From: Eledone cirrhosa
Taxonomy: Eukaryota
NCBI GenBank assembly: GCA_964016885.1
Contig: OZ024741.1
Location: 258,292,001-258,356,000 of the forward strand
Direction of reading: 5' to 3'
DNA length: 64,000 nucleotides
In this document: positions 25,346 through 39,418 of the stretch, one piece after another
How positions within the stretch are numbered: position 1 is the first letter of the stretch
Layout: every line of letters starts with the position of its first letter
The notes under the pieces: model-generated
What the model saw: only the letters and a program-made list of their open reading frames with translations
Databases searched by the model: none
What the model was told of the DNA's origin: nothing
Program-made: the position numbers and the translations under genes

Positions 25346-28300
25346 GGGTGTTCTGACTTACGAGTGTTCCGACTTACGAGTGTTTCGGCTTATGAGTGTT
25401 TCGACTTACGGGCGTTTCGACGTACGGGTGTTTCGACTTACGAGTGTTTTGACTTACGAGTGTTCTGACTTACGAGTGTTCTGACTTACGAGTGTTCCGA
25501 CTTACGACTGTTTCGACTTACGAGTGTTTTGACTTAAGAGTATTCCGACTTACGAGTGTTTCGGCTTACGGGTGTTTCGACGTACGACTATTTTTGGCTT
25601 ACGAGTGTTTCGACTTACGAGTGTTTTGAATTACGATTGTTTCGGCTTACGAGTGTTTCGACATACGAGTGTTTTGAATTACGATTGTTTCGACTTACGA
25701 GTGTTTTGACTTATGGGTGTTTTGACATACGAGTGTTTCGATACGAATGCTCTGACTTACGAGTGTTCTGACTTACGAGTGTTCTGACTTACGAGTGTTC
25801 TGACTTACGGGTGTTCTGACTTACGTGTGTTCCGACTTACGAGTGTTTCGGCTATGGGTGTTTCGACTTACGAGTGTTTCGACTTACGAATGTTTTGGCT
25901 TACGAGTGTTTCGGCTTACGAGTGTTTCGACTTACGAATGTTTTGACTTACGGTGTTTCGGCTTACGAGTTATTCGACGTACGAGTGTTTCGACTTACGG
26001 GTGTTTCGACTTACGGGTGTTTCGACTTACGAGTGTTTTGACTTACGGGTGTTTTGACATACGAGTGTTTCGATACGAGTGTTTCGACTTACGAGTGTTC
26101 TGACTTACGAGTGTTCTGACTTACGTGTGTTCTGACTTACGAGTGTTCTGATTTACGAGTGTTCCGACTTTACGAGTGTTTCGGCTCACGAGTGTTTCGG
26201 CTTACGAGTGTTTCGGCTTACGAGTGTTTTGATTTACGAGTGTTTTGACTTACGGGTGCTTCGACTTACGCGTGTTTCGACTTACGAGTGTTTCGACTTA
26301 CGAGTGTTTCGACTTACGAGTGTTTCGGCTTACGAGTGTTTTGACTTACGAATGTTTTGACTTACGATTGTTTCGGCTTACGAGTGTTTCGACTTACGAG
26401 TGTTCTGACTACGAGTGTTCTGACTTACGGGTGTTCTGACTTACGAGTGTTCCGACTTACGAGTGTTTCGGCTTATGAGTGTTTCGACTTACGAGTGCTT
26501 CGACTTACGAGTGTTTCGGCTTACGGGTGTTTCGACTTACGAATGTTTTTGCTTACGAGTGTTTCGGCTTACGAGTGTTTCGGCTTATGAGTGTTTCGAG
26601 TTACGAGTGTTTTGACTTACGGGTGATTTGACATACGAGTGTTTCGATACGAGTGTTCTGACTTACGAGTGTTTCCGCTTACGAGTGTTTCGGCTTACGA
26701 GTGTTTCGACTTACGGGTGCTTCGACTTACGCGTGTTTCGACTCACGAGTGTTTCGACTTGCGAGTGTTTTGGCTTACGAATGTTTTGACTTACGGGAGT
26801 TTCGACTTACGGGTGTTTCGGCTTACGAGTGTTTCGACTTACGAGTGTTTTGACTTACGAGTGTTCTGACTTACGAGTGTTCTGACTTATGAGTGTTCCG
26901 ACTTACGAGTGTTCCGACTTACGAGTGTTTCGGCTTACGAGTGTTTCGGCGTACGAGTGTTTCGGCTTACGAGTGTTTTGACTTACGAGTGTTCTGACTA
27001 CGAGTGTTCTGACTTACGGGTGTTCTGACTTACGAGTGTTCCGACTTACGAGTGTTTCGGCTTATGAGTGTTTCGACTTACGGGCGTTTCGACGTACGGG
27101 TGTTTCGACTTACGAGTGTTTTGACTTACGAGTGTTCTGACTTACGAGTGTTCTGACTTACGAGTGTTCCGACTTACGACTGTTTCGACTTACGAGTGTT
27201 TTGACTTAAGAGTATTCCGACTTACGAGTGTTTCGGCTTACGGGTGTTTCGACGTACGACTATTTTTGGCTTACGAGTGTTTCGACTTACGAGTGTTTTG
27301 AATTACGATTGTTTCGGCTTACGAGTGTTTCGACATACGAGTGTTTTGAATTACGATTGTTTCGACTTACGAGTGTTTTGACTTATGGGTGTTTTGACAT
27401 ACGAGTGTTTCGATACGAATGCTCTGACTTACGAGTGTTCTGACTTACGAGTGTTCTGACTTACGAGTGTTCTGACTTACGGGTGTTCTGACTTACGTGT
27501 GTTCCGACTTACGAGTGTTTCGGCTATGGGTGTTTCGACTTACGAGTGTTTCGACTTACGAATGTTTTGGCTTACGAGTGTTTCGGCTTACGAGTGTTTC
27601 GACTTACGAATGTTTTGACTTACGGTGTTTCGGCTTACGAGTTATTCGACGTACGAGTGTTTCGACTTACGGGTGTTTCGACTTACGGGTGTTTCGACTT
27701 ACGAGTGTTTCGATTTATGAGTGTTTCGACTTACGAGTGTTCTGACCTACGAGTGTTCTGACTTACGAGTGTTCCGACTTACGAGTGTTTCGGTTTACGA
27801 GTGTTTCGACACACGAGTGTTTTGACTTACGGGGGTTTCGACTTACGGGTGTTTCGACTTACGAGTGTTTCGGCTTACGAGTGTTTCGACTTAAGGATGT
27901 TTCGACTTACGAGTGTTTCGACTTACGATTGTTCCGATTTACGAGTGTTTTGACTTACGGTGTTTCTGCTTACGAGTTATTCGACTTACGAATGTTTTGA
28001 CTTACGGGTGTTTCGTCTTGCGAGTGTTTCGACTTACGAGTGTTTCGGCGTACGAGTGTTTTGACTTACGAGTGTTTCGACTTACGAGTGTTTTGACTTA
28101 CGAATGTTTTGACTTACGGGTGTTTCGGCTTACGAGTCTTTCGACTTACGAGTGTTTCGGCTGGCGAGTGTTTCGACTTACGAGTGTTTCGACTTACGAG
28201 TGTTTCGACTTACGAGTGTTTCGGCTTACGAGTGTTTTGACTTAAGGGTGTTTCGACTTACGAGTGTTTCGATACGAGTGTTTCGACTTACGAGTGTTCT

Positions 28301-31300
28301 GACTTACGAATGTTCCGACTTACGAGTGTCTCGGCTTACGAGTGTTTCGGCTTACGAGTGTTTCGACTTTCGAATGTTTTGACTTACGATTGTTTCGGCT
28401 TACGAGTGTTTCGACTTACGAGTGTTCTGACTACGAGTGTTCTGACTTACGGGTGTTCTGACTTACGAGTGTTCCGACTTACGAGTGTTTCGGCTTATGA
28501 GTGTTTCGACTTACGAGTGCTTCGAATTACGAGTGTTTCGGCTTACGGGTGTTTCGACTTACGAATGTTTTTGCTTACGAGTGTTTCGGCTTACGAGTGT
28601 TTCGGCTTATGAGTGTTTCGAATTACGAGTGTTTTGACTTACGGGTGTTTTGACATACGAGTGTTTCGATACGAGTGTTCTGACTTACGAGTGTTTCCGC
28701 TTACGAGTGTTTCGGCTTACGAGTGTTTCGACTTACTAATGTTTTTACTTACGAGTGTTTCGGTGTACGAGTGTTTCGACTTAAGGATGTTTCGACTTAC
28801 GAGTGTTTCGACTTACGAGTGTTTCGACTTACGAGTGTTTCGACTTACGAGTGTTTTGGCTTACGAATGTTTTGACTTACGGGTGTTTCGACTTACGGGT
28901 GTTTCGGCTTACGAGTGTTTCGACTTACGAGTATTTTGACTTACGAGTGTTCTGACTTATGGGTGTTTTGACATACGAGTGTTTCGATACGAATGCTCAG
29001 ACTTACGAGTGTTCTGACTTACGAGTGTTCTGACTTACGAGTGTTCTGACTTACGGCTGTTCTGACTTACGTGTGTTCCGACTTACGAGTGTTTCGGCTA
29101 TGGGTGTTTCGACTTACGAGTGTTTCGACTTACGAATGTTTTGGCTTACGAGTGTTTCGGCTTAGGAGTGTTTCGACTTACGAATGTTTTGGCTTACGAG
29201 TGTTTCGGCTTACGGGTGTTTCGACTTACGACTGTTTCGACTTACGAGTGTTTTGACTTACGGTGTTTCGGCTTACGAGTTATTCGACATACGAGTGTTT
29301 CGACACACGAGTGTTTTGACTTACGGGGGTTTCGACTTACGGGTGTTTCGACTTACGAGTGTTTCGGCTTACGAGTGTTTCGACTTACTAATGTTTTTAC
29401 TTACGAGTGTTTCGGTGTACGAGTGTTTCGACTTAAGGATGTTTCGACTTACGAGTGTTTCGACTTACGAGTGTTTCGGCTTACGTGAGTTTCGACTTAA
29501 GGGTGTTTTGACTTACGCGTGTTGTGAATTACGAGTGTTCCGATTTACGAGTGTTTTGACTTACGGTGTTTCGGCTTACGAGTTATTCGACTTACGAATG
29601 TTTTGACTTACGGGTGTTTTGGCTTGCGAGTGTTTCGACTTACGAGTGTTTCGGCTTCTGAGTGTTTCGACTTACGAGTGTTTCGGCTTACGAGTGTTTT
29701 GACTTAAGGGTGTTTCGAATTACGAGTGTTTCGATACGAGTGTTTCGACTTACGAGTGTTCTGACTTACGAGTGTTCCGACTTACGAGTGTCTCGGCTTA
29801 CGAGTGTTTCGGCTTACGAGTGTTTCGACTTACGAGTGTTTCGACTTACGAGTGTTCCGACTTACGGGTGTTTCGAGTTACGAGTGTTTTGGCTTACGGT
29901 GTTTCGACTTACGAGTGTTTCGGCTTACGAGTGTTTTGACTTAAGGGTGTTTCGACTTACGAGTGTTTCGATACGAGTGTTTCGATTTACGAGTGTTTCG
30001 GCTTACGAGTGTTTCGACTTACGAGTGTTTCAACTTACGAGTGTTCTGATTTACGGATGTTTCGACATACGAGTGTTTCGACTTACGAGTGTTTCGACTT
30101 ACGAGTGTTTTGACTTACGGGTGTTTTGACATACGAGTGTTTCGATACGAGTGTTTCGACTTACAAGTGTTCTGACTTACGATTGTTCTGACTTACGAGC
30201 GTTCTGACTTACGAGTGTTTCGGCTTACAAGTGATTCGACTTACGAATGTTTTGACTTACGGGTGTTTCGGCTTGCGAGTGTTTCGACTTACGAGTGTTT
30301 CGGCTTGCGAGTGTTTCGACTTACTAATGATTTTACTTACGAGTGTTTCGGCGTACGAGTGTTTCGACTTACGAGTGTTTCGACTTACGGGTGTTTTGAC
30401 TTACGGGTGTTTCGGCTTACGAGTGTTTCGACTTACGAGTGTTTTGACTTAAGGGTGTTCTGACTTACGAGTGTTCCGACTTACGAGTGTTTCGGCTTAT
30501 GAGTGTTTCGACTTACGGGCGTTTCGACGTACGGGTGTTTCGACTTACGAGTGTTTTGACTTACGAGTGTTCTGACTTACGAGTGTTCTGACTTACGAGT
30601 GTTCCGACTTACGACTGTTTCGACTTACGAGTGTTTTGACTTAAGAGTATTCCGACTTACGAGTGTTTCGGCTTACGGGTGTTTCGACGTACGACTATTT
30701 TTGGCTTACGAGTGTTTCGACTTACGAGTGTTTTGAATTACGATTGTTTCGGCTTACGAGTGTTTCGACATACGAGTGTTTTGAATTACGATTGTTTCGA
30801 CTTACGAGTGTTTTGACTTATGGGTGTTTTGACATACGAGTGTTTCGATACGAATGCTCTGACTTACGAGTGTTCTGACTTACGAGTGTTCTGACTTACG
30901 AGTGTTCTGACTTACGGGTGTTCTGACTTACGTGTGTTCCGACTTACGAGTGTTTCGGCTATGGGTGTTTCGACTTACGAGTGTTTCGACTTACGAATGT
31001 TTTGGCTTACGAGTGTTTCGGCTTACGAGTGTTTCGACTTACGAATGTTTTGACTTACGGTGTTTCGGCTTACGAGTTATTCGACGTACGAGTGTTTCGA
31101 CTTACGGGTGTTTCGACTTACGGGTGTTTCGACTTACGAGTGTTTTGACTTACGGGTGTTTTGACATACGAGTGTTTCGATACGAGTGTTTCGACTTACG
31201 AGTGTTCTGACTTACGAGTGTTCTGACTTACGTGTGTTCTGACTTACGAGTGTTCTGATTTACGAGTGTTCCGACTTTACGAGTGTTTCGGCTCACGAGT

Positions 31301-34300
31301 GTTTCGGCTTACGAGTGTTTCGGCTTACGAGTGTTTTGATTTACGAGTGTTTTGACTTACGGGTGCTTCGACTTACGCGTGTTTCGACTTACGAGTGTTT
31401 CGACTTACGAGTGTTTCGACTTACGAGTGTTTCGGCTTACGAGTGTTTTGACTTACGAATGTTTTGACTTACGATTGTTTCGGCTTACGAGTGTTTCGAC
31501 TTACGAGTGTTCTGACTACGAGTGTTCTGACTTACGGGTGTTCTGACTTACGAGTGTTCCGACTTACGAGTGTTTCGGCTTATGAGTGTTTCGACTTACG
31601 AGTGCTTCGACTTACGAGTGTTTCGGCTTACGGGTGTTTCGACTTACGAATGTTTTTGCTTACGAGTGTTTCGGCTTACGAGTGTTTCGGCTTATGAGTG
31701 TTTCGAGTTACGAGTGTTTTGACTTACGGGTGATTTGACATACGAGTGTTTCGATACGAGTGTTCTGACTTACGAGTGTTTCCGCTTACGAGTGTTTCGG
31801 CTTACGAGTGTTTCGACTTACGGGTGCTTCGACTTACGCGTGTTTCGACTCACGAGTGTTTCGACTTGCGAGTGTTTTGGCTTACGAATGTTTTGACTTA
31901 CGGGAGTTTCGACTTACGGGTGTTTCGGCTTACGAGTGTTTCGACTTACGAGTGTTTTGACTTACGAGTGTTCTGACTTACGAGTGTTCTGACTTATGAG
32001 TGTTCCGACTTACGAGTGTTCCGACTTACGAGTGTTTCGGCTTACGAGTGTTTCGGCGTACGAGTGTTTCGGCTTACGAGTGTTTTGACTTACGAGTGTT
32101 CTGACTACGAGTGTTCTGACTTACGGGTGTTCTGACTTACGAGTGTTCCGACTTACGAGTGTTTCGGCTTATGAGTGTTTCGACTTACGGGCGTTTCGAC
32201 GTACGGGTGTTTCGACTTACGAGTGTTTTGACTTACGAGTGTTCTGACTTACGAGTGTTCTGACTTACGAGTGTTCCGACTTACGACTGTTTCGACTTAC
32301 GAGTGTTTTGACTTAAGAGTATTCCGACTTACGAGTGTTTCGGCTTACGGGTGTTTCGACGTACGACTATTTTTGGCTTACGAGTGTTTCGACTTACGAG
32401 TGTTTTGAATTACGATTGTTTCGGCTTACGAGTGTTTCGACATACGAGTGTTTTGAATTACGATTGTTTCGACTTACGAGTGTTTTGACTTATGGGTGTT
32501 TTGACATACGAGTGTTTCGATACGAATGCTCTGACTTACGAGTGTTCTGACTTACGAGTGTTCTGACTTACGAGTGTTCTGACTTACGGGTGTTCTGACT
32601 TACGTGTGTTCCGACTTACGAGTGTTTCGGCTATGGGTGTTTCGACTTACGAGTGTTTCGACTTACGAATGTTTTGGCTTACGAGTGTTTCGGCTTACGA
32701 GTGTTTCGACTTACGAATGTTTTGACTTACGGTGTTTCGGCTTACGAGTTATTCGACGTACGAGTGTTTCGACTTACGGGTGTTTCGACTTACGGGTGTT
32801 TCGACTTACGAGTGTTTCGATTTATGAGTGTTTCGACTTACGAGTGTTCTGACCTACGAGTGTTCTGACTTACGAGTGTTCCGACTTACGAGTGTTTCGG
32901 TTTACGAGTGTTTCGACACACGAGTGTTTTGACTTACGGGGGTTTCGACTTACGGGTGTTTCGACTTACGAGTGTTTCGGCTTACGAGTGTTTCGACTTA
33001 AGGATGTTTCGACTTACGAGTGTTTCGACTTACGATTGTTCCGATTTACGAGTGTTTTGACTTACGGTGTTTCTGCTTACGAGTTATTCGACTTACGAAT
33101 GTTTTGACTTACGGGTGTTTCGTCTTGCGAGTGTTTCGACTTACGAGTGTTTCGGCGTACGAGTGTTTTGACTTACGAGTGTTTCGACTTACGAGTGTTT
33201 TGACTTACGAATGTTTTGACTTACGGGTGTTTCGGCTTACGAGTCTTTCGACTTACGAGTGTTTCGGCTGGCGAGTGTTTCGACTTACGAGTGTTTCGAC
33301 TTACGAGTGTTTCGACTTACGAGTGTTTCGGCTTACGAGTGTTTTGACTTAAGGGTGTTTCGACTTACGAGTGTTTCGATACGAGTGTTTCGACTTACGA
33401 GTGTTCTGACTTACGAATGTTCCGACTTACGAGTGTCTCGGCTTACGAGTGTTTCGGCTTACGAGTGTTTCGACTTTCGAATGTTTTGACTTACGATTGT
33501 TTCGGCTTACGAGTGTTTCGACTTACGAGTGTTCTGACTACGAGTGTTCTGACTTACGGGTGTTCTGACTTACGAGTGTTCCGACTTACGAGTGTTTCGG
33601 CTTATGAGTGTTTCGACTTACGAGTGCTTCGAATTACGAGTGTTTCGGCTTACGGGTGTTTCGACTTACGAATGTTTTTGCTTACGAGTGTTTCGGCTTA
33701 CGAGTGTTTCGGCTTATGAGTGTTTCGAATTACGAGTGTTTTGACTTACGGGTGTTTTGACATACGAGTGTTTCGATACGAGTGTTCTGACTTACGAGTG
33801 TTTCCGCTTACGAGTGTTTCGGCTTACGAGTGTTTCGACTTACTAATGTTTTTACTTACGAGTGTTTCGGTGTACGAGTGTTTCGACTTAAGGATGTTTC
33901 GACTTACGAGTGTTTCGACTTACGAGTGTTTCGACTTACGAGTGTTTCGACTTACGAGTGTTTTGGCTTACGAATGTTTTGACTTACGGGTGTTTCGACT
34001 TACGGGTGTTTCGGCTTACGAGTGTTTCGACTTACGAGTATTTTGACTTACGAGTGTTCTGACTTATGGGTGTTTTGACATACGAGTGTTTCGATACGAA
34101 TGCTCAGACTTACGAGTGTTCTGACTTACGAGTGTTCTGACTTACGAGTGTTCTGACTTACGGCTGTTCTGACTTACGTGTGTTCCGACTTACGAGTGTT
34201 TCGGCTATGGGTGTTTCGACTTACGAGTGTTTCGACTTACGAATGTTTTGGCTTACGAGTGTTTCGGCTTAGGAGTGTTTCGACTTACGAATGTTTTGGC

Positions 34301-35566
34301 TTACGAGTGTTTCGGCTTACGGGTGTTTCGACTTACGACTGTTTCGACTTACGAGTGTTTTGACTTACGGTGTTTCGGCTTACGAGTTATTCGACATACG
34401 AGTGTTTCGACACACGAGTGTTTTGACTTACGGGGGTTTCGACTTACGGGTGTTTCGACTTACGAGTGTTTCGGCTTACGAGTGTTTCGACTTACTAATG
34501 TTTTTACTTACGAGTGTTTCGGTGTACGAGTGTTTCGACTTAAGGATGTTTCGACTTACGAGTGTTTCGACTTACGAGTGTTTCGGCTTACGTGAGTTTC
34601 GACTTAAGGGTGTTTTGACTTACGCGTGTTGTGAATTACGAGTGTTCCGATTTACGAGTGTTTTGACTTACGGTGTTTCGGCTTACGAGTTATTCGACTT
34701 ACGAATGTTTTGACTTACGGGTGTTTTGGCTTGCGAGTGTTTCGACTTACGAGTGTTTCGGCTTCTGAGTGTTTCGACTTACGAGTGTTTCGGCTTACGA
34801 GTGTTTTGACTTAAGGGTGTTTCGAATTACGAGTGTTTCGATACGAGTGTTTCGACTTACGAGTGTTCTGACTTACGAGTGTTCCGACTTACGAGTGTCT
34901 CGGCTTACGAGTGTTTCGGCTTACGAGTGTTTCGACTTACGAGTGTTTCGACTTACGAGTGTTCCGACTTACGGGTGTTTCGAGTTACGAGTGTTTTGGC
35001 TTACGGTGTTTCGACTTACGAGTGTTTCGGCTTACGAGTGTTTTGACTTAAGGGTGTTTCGACTTACGAGTGTTTCGATACGAGTGTTTCGATTTACGAG
35101 TGTTTCGGCTTACGAGTGTTTCGACTTACGAGTGTTTCAACTTACGAGTGTTCTGATTTACGGATGTTTCGACATACGAGTGTTTCGACTTACGAGTGTT
35201 TCGACTTACGAGTGTTTTGACTTACGGGTGTTTTGACATACGAGTGTTTCGATACGAGTGTTTCGACTTACAAGTGTTCTGACTTACGATTGTTCTGACT
35301 TACGAGCGTTCTGACTTACGAGTGTTTCGGCTTACAAGTGATTCGACTTACGAATGTTTTGACTTACGGGTGTTTCGGCTTGCGAGTGTTTCGACTTACG
35401 AGTGTTTCGGCTTGCGAGTGTTTCGACTTACTAATGATTTTACTTACGAGTGTTTCGGCGTACGAGTGTTTCGACTTACGAGTGTTTCGACTTACGGGTG
35501 TTTTGACTTACGGGTGTTTCGGCTTACGAGTGTTTCGACTTACGAGTGTTTTGACTTAAGGGTGTT
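25346..35566 (+). repeat. Tandem higher-order duplication, period 5,107 bp (two apparently identical copies)
   Basis: ORFs from 25556 to 29662 reappear with identical translation at +5107 (25556/30663, 27913/33020, 29662/34769). Rare variant ACGGGCG has its C at 25413 and 30520. Confidence 0.93.
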
Positions 35567-36003
35567 TCGACTTACGAGTGTTTCGACTTACGAGTGTTTC
35601 GACTTACGAGTGTTTCGGATTACGAGTGTTTTGACTTGAGAGTTTTCGACTTACGAGTGTTTCGATACGAGTGTTTCGACTTACGAGTGTTCTGACTTAC
35701 GAGTGTTCTGACTTACGAGTGTTCTGACTTACAAGTGTTCTTACTTACGACTGTTCCGACTTACGAGTGTTCCGACTTACGGTGTTTCGGCTTACGAGTG
35801 TTTCGACTTACGAGTGTTTTGACTTACTGGTGTTTTGACATACGAGTGTTTCGATAAGACTGTTTCGACTTACGAGTGTTCTGACTTACGAGTGTTCTAA
35901 CTTACGAGTGTTCTGACTTACGAGTGTTCTGACTTACGAGTGTTCCGACTTACGAGTGTTTCGGCGCACGAGTGTTTCGGCTTACGAGTGTTTCGCCTTA
36001 CGA

Positions 36004-36072
36004 AAATAACAAATAGACGCGGTTTCAAATCTCTATGCTTTTCAAATTCATTACATTAATCTTTATTTATAC
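36004..36072 (+). repeat. 69-bp element, copy 19 (consensus)
   Basis: Direct match. Confidence 0.95.
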
Positions 36073-36658
36073 GTTTCGCTTTACGAGTGTTTCGACATAC
36101 GAGTGTTTCGACTTACGAGTGTTTCGGCTTACGAGTGTTTTGACTTACGAGTGTTTTGACTTACATGTGTTTCGACTTACGCGTGTTTCGACTTACGAGT
36201 GTTTCGACTTACGAGTGTTTCGACTACGGGTGTTTCGACTTACGAATGTTTTGACTTACGGATGTTTTGACTTACGGGTGTTTCGGCTTACGAGTGTTTC
36301 GACTTACGAGTGTTTCGACTTACGAGTGTTTTGACTTACGAGTGTTTTGACTTACGGTGTTTCGGCTTACGAGTGTTTCGACTTACGGGTGTTTTGACTT
36401 ACGGGTGTTTTGACATACGAGTGTTTCGATACGTGTGTTCTGACTTACGAGTGTTCTGACTTACGAGTATTCTGACTTACGAGTGTTCTGACTTACGAGT
36501 GTTCTGACATACGTGTGTTCTGACTTACGAGTGTTCCGATTTACGAGTGTTTCGGCATATGAGTGTTTCGACTTACGAATGTTTTTGCTTACGGGTGTTT
36601 CGACTTACGAATGTTTTTGCTTACGAGTGTTTCGGCTTACGAGTGTTTCGACTTACGA

Positions 36659-36725
36659 AAATAACAAATAGACGCGGTTTCAAATCTCTGCTTTTCAAAT
36701 TCATTACATTAATCTTTATTTACAC
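36659..36725 (+). repeat. Element copy 20 (TACAC subtype, 2-bp deletion, 67 bp)
   Basis: Same deletion as the copy at 6842. Confidence 0.95.
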
Positions 36726-38313
36726 GTTTCGCTTTACGAATGTTTCGACTTACGCGTGTTTCGACTTACGAGTGTTTCGATTTACGAGTGTTTCGACTTA
36801 CGAGTGTTTCGACTTACGAGTGTTTCGACTTACGAGTGTTCTGAATAACGAGTGTTCTGACTTACGAGTGTTTCGACTTACGAGTGTTCTGACTTAGGAG
36901 TGTTCTGACTTACGAGTGTTCCGACTTACGAGTGTTTCGACTTACGAGTGTTTCGACTTACGAGTGTTTCGACTTACGAGTGTTTCGGCTTACGAGTGTT
37001 TTGACTTACGAGTGTTCTGACTACGAGTGTTTTGACTTACGGTGTTTCGGCTTACGAGTTATTCGACATACGAGTGTTTCGACACACGAGTGGTTTGACT
37101 TACGGGGGTTTCGACTTACGGGTGTTTCGACTTACGAGTGTTTCGGCTTACGAGTGTTTCGACTTACTAATGTTTTTACTTACGAGTGTTTCGGTGTACG
37201 AGTGTTTCGACTTAAGGATGTTTCGACTTACGAGTGTTTCGGCTTACGTGAGTTTCGACTTAAGGGTGTTTTGACTTACGCGTGTTGTGAATTACGAGTG
37301 TTCCGATTTACGAGTGTTTTGACTTACGGTGTTTCGGCTTACGAGTTATTCGACTTACGAATGTTTTGACTTACGGGTGTTTTGGCTTGCGAGTGTTTCG
37401 ACTTACGAGTGTTTCGGCTTATGAGTGTTTCGACTTACGAGTGTTTCGGCTTACGAGTGTTTTGACTTAAGGGTGTTTCGAATTACGAGTGTTTCGATAC
37501 GAGTGTTTCGACGTACGAGTGTTCTGACTTACGAGTGTTCCGACTTACGAGTGTCTCGGCTTACGAGTGTTTCGGCTTACGAGTGTTTCGACTTACGAGT
37601 GTTTCGACTTACGAGTGTTCCGACTTACGGGTGTTTCGACTTACGAGTGTTTTGGCTTACGGTGTTTCGACTTACGAGTGTTCTGACTACGAGTGTTCTG
37701 ACTTACGAGTGTTTCGGCTTATGAGTGTTTCGACTTACGAGTGTTCCGGCTTATGAGTGTTTCGACTTACGAGTGTTTCGGCTTACGAGTGTTTCGACTT
37801 ACGAGTGTTTCGACTTACGAGTGTTTCGGCTTACGAGTGTTTCGACATACGGGTGTTTCGACTTACGGTGTTTCGGCTTACGAGTGTTTCGACTTACGAT
37901 TGTTCTGACTTACGAGTGTTCTGACTTATGAGTGTTCTGACTTACGAGTGTTCTGACTTACGAGTGTTCCGACTTACGAGTGTTTCGGCTCACGAGTGTT
38001 TCGGCTTACGAGTGTTTCGACTTACGAGTGTTCTGACTTACGAGTGTTCTGACTTATGAGTGTTCTGACTTACGAGTGTTCTGACTTACGAGTGTTTCGA
38101 CTTACGAGTGTTTCGACTTACGAGTGTTTTGACTTACTGGTGTTTTGACATACGAGTGTTTCGATACGAGTGTTTCGACTTACGAGTGTTCTGACTTACG
38201 AGTGTTCTAACTTACGAGTGTTCTGACTTACGGGTGTTCTGACTTACGAGTGTTCCGACTTACGAGTGTTTCGGCTCACGAGTGTTTCGGCTTACGAGTG
38301 TTTCGACTTACGA

Positions 38314-38382
38314 AAATAACAAATAGACGCGGTTTCAAATCTCGATGCTTTTCAAATTCAATACATTAATCTTTATTTATAC
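38314..38382 (+). repeat. 69-bp element, copy 21 (two private substitutions)
   Basis: CTCGATG and TTCAATAC variants. Confidence 0.95.
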
Positions 38383-39349
38383 GTTTCGCTTTACGAGTGT
38401 TTCGACTTACGAGTGTTTCGACTTACGAGTGTTTCGGCTTACGAGTGTTTCGACTTACGAGTGTTTCGACTTACGAGTGTTTTGACTTACTGGTGTTTTG
38501 ACATACGAGTGTTTCGATACGAGTGTTTCGACTTACGAGTGTTCTGACTTACGAGTGTTCTGACTTACGAGTGTTTCGACTTACGAGTGTTCTGACTTAG
38601 GAGTGTTCTGACTTACGAATGTTCCGACTTACGAGTGTTTCGACTTACGAGTGTTTTGACTTACGAGTGTTTCGACTTACGAGTGTTTCGGCTTACGAGT
38701 GTTTTGACTTACGAGTGTTCTGACTACGAGTGTTCTGACTTACGAGTGTTTCGGCTTATGAGTGTTTCGACTTACGAGTGTTTCAGCTTATGAGTGTTTC
38801 GACTTACGAGTGTTTCGGCTTACGAGTATTTTGACTTACGAGTGTTTTGACTTGCATGTGTTTCGACTTACGCGTGTTTCGACTTACGAGTGTTTCGACT
38901 TGCGAGTGTTTCGACTACGGGTGTTTCGACTTACGAATGTTTTGACTTACGGATGTTTTGACTTACGGGTGTTTCGGCTTACGAGTGTTTCGACTTACGA
39001 GTGTTTCGACTTACGAGTGTTTTGACTTACGAGTGTTTTGACTTACGGTGTTTCGGCTTACGAGTGTTTCGACTTACGAGTGTTTTGACTTACGGGTGTT
39101 TTGACATACGAGTGTTTCGATACGAGTGTTCTGACTTACGAGTGTTCTGACTTACGAGTGTTCTGACTTACGAGTGTTCTGACTTACGAGTGTTCTGACA
39201 TACGTGTGTTCTGACTTACGAGTGTTCCGATTTACGAGTGTTTCGGCATATGAGTGTTTCGACTTACGGATGTTTTTGCTTACGGGTGTTTCGACTTACG
39301 AATGTTTTTGCTTACGAGTGTTTCGGCTTACGAGTGTTTCGACTTACGA

Positions 39350-39418
39350 AAATAACAAATAGACGCGGTTTCAAATCTCTATGCTTTTCAAATTCATTAC
39401 ATTAATCTTTATTTACAC
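39350..39418 (+). repeat. 69-bp element, copy 22 (TACAC subtype)
   Basis: Direct match. Confidence 0.95.

Larger units (their letters stand above)
18960..25935 (+). repeat. Tandem higher-order duplication, period 3,474 bp (two copies)
   Basis: Rare variant CTGTTCCGACTTACAGG occurs at 18991 and 22465. Elements pair at 19720/23194 and 20837/24311, and the ORF track repeats at +3474 (+3473 after a 1-bp deletion near 25126). Boundaries are approximate. Confidence 0.9.
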
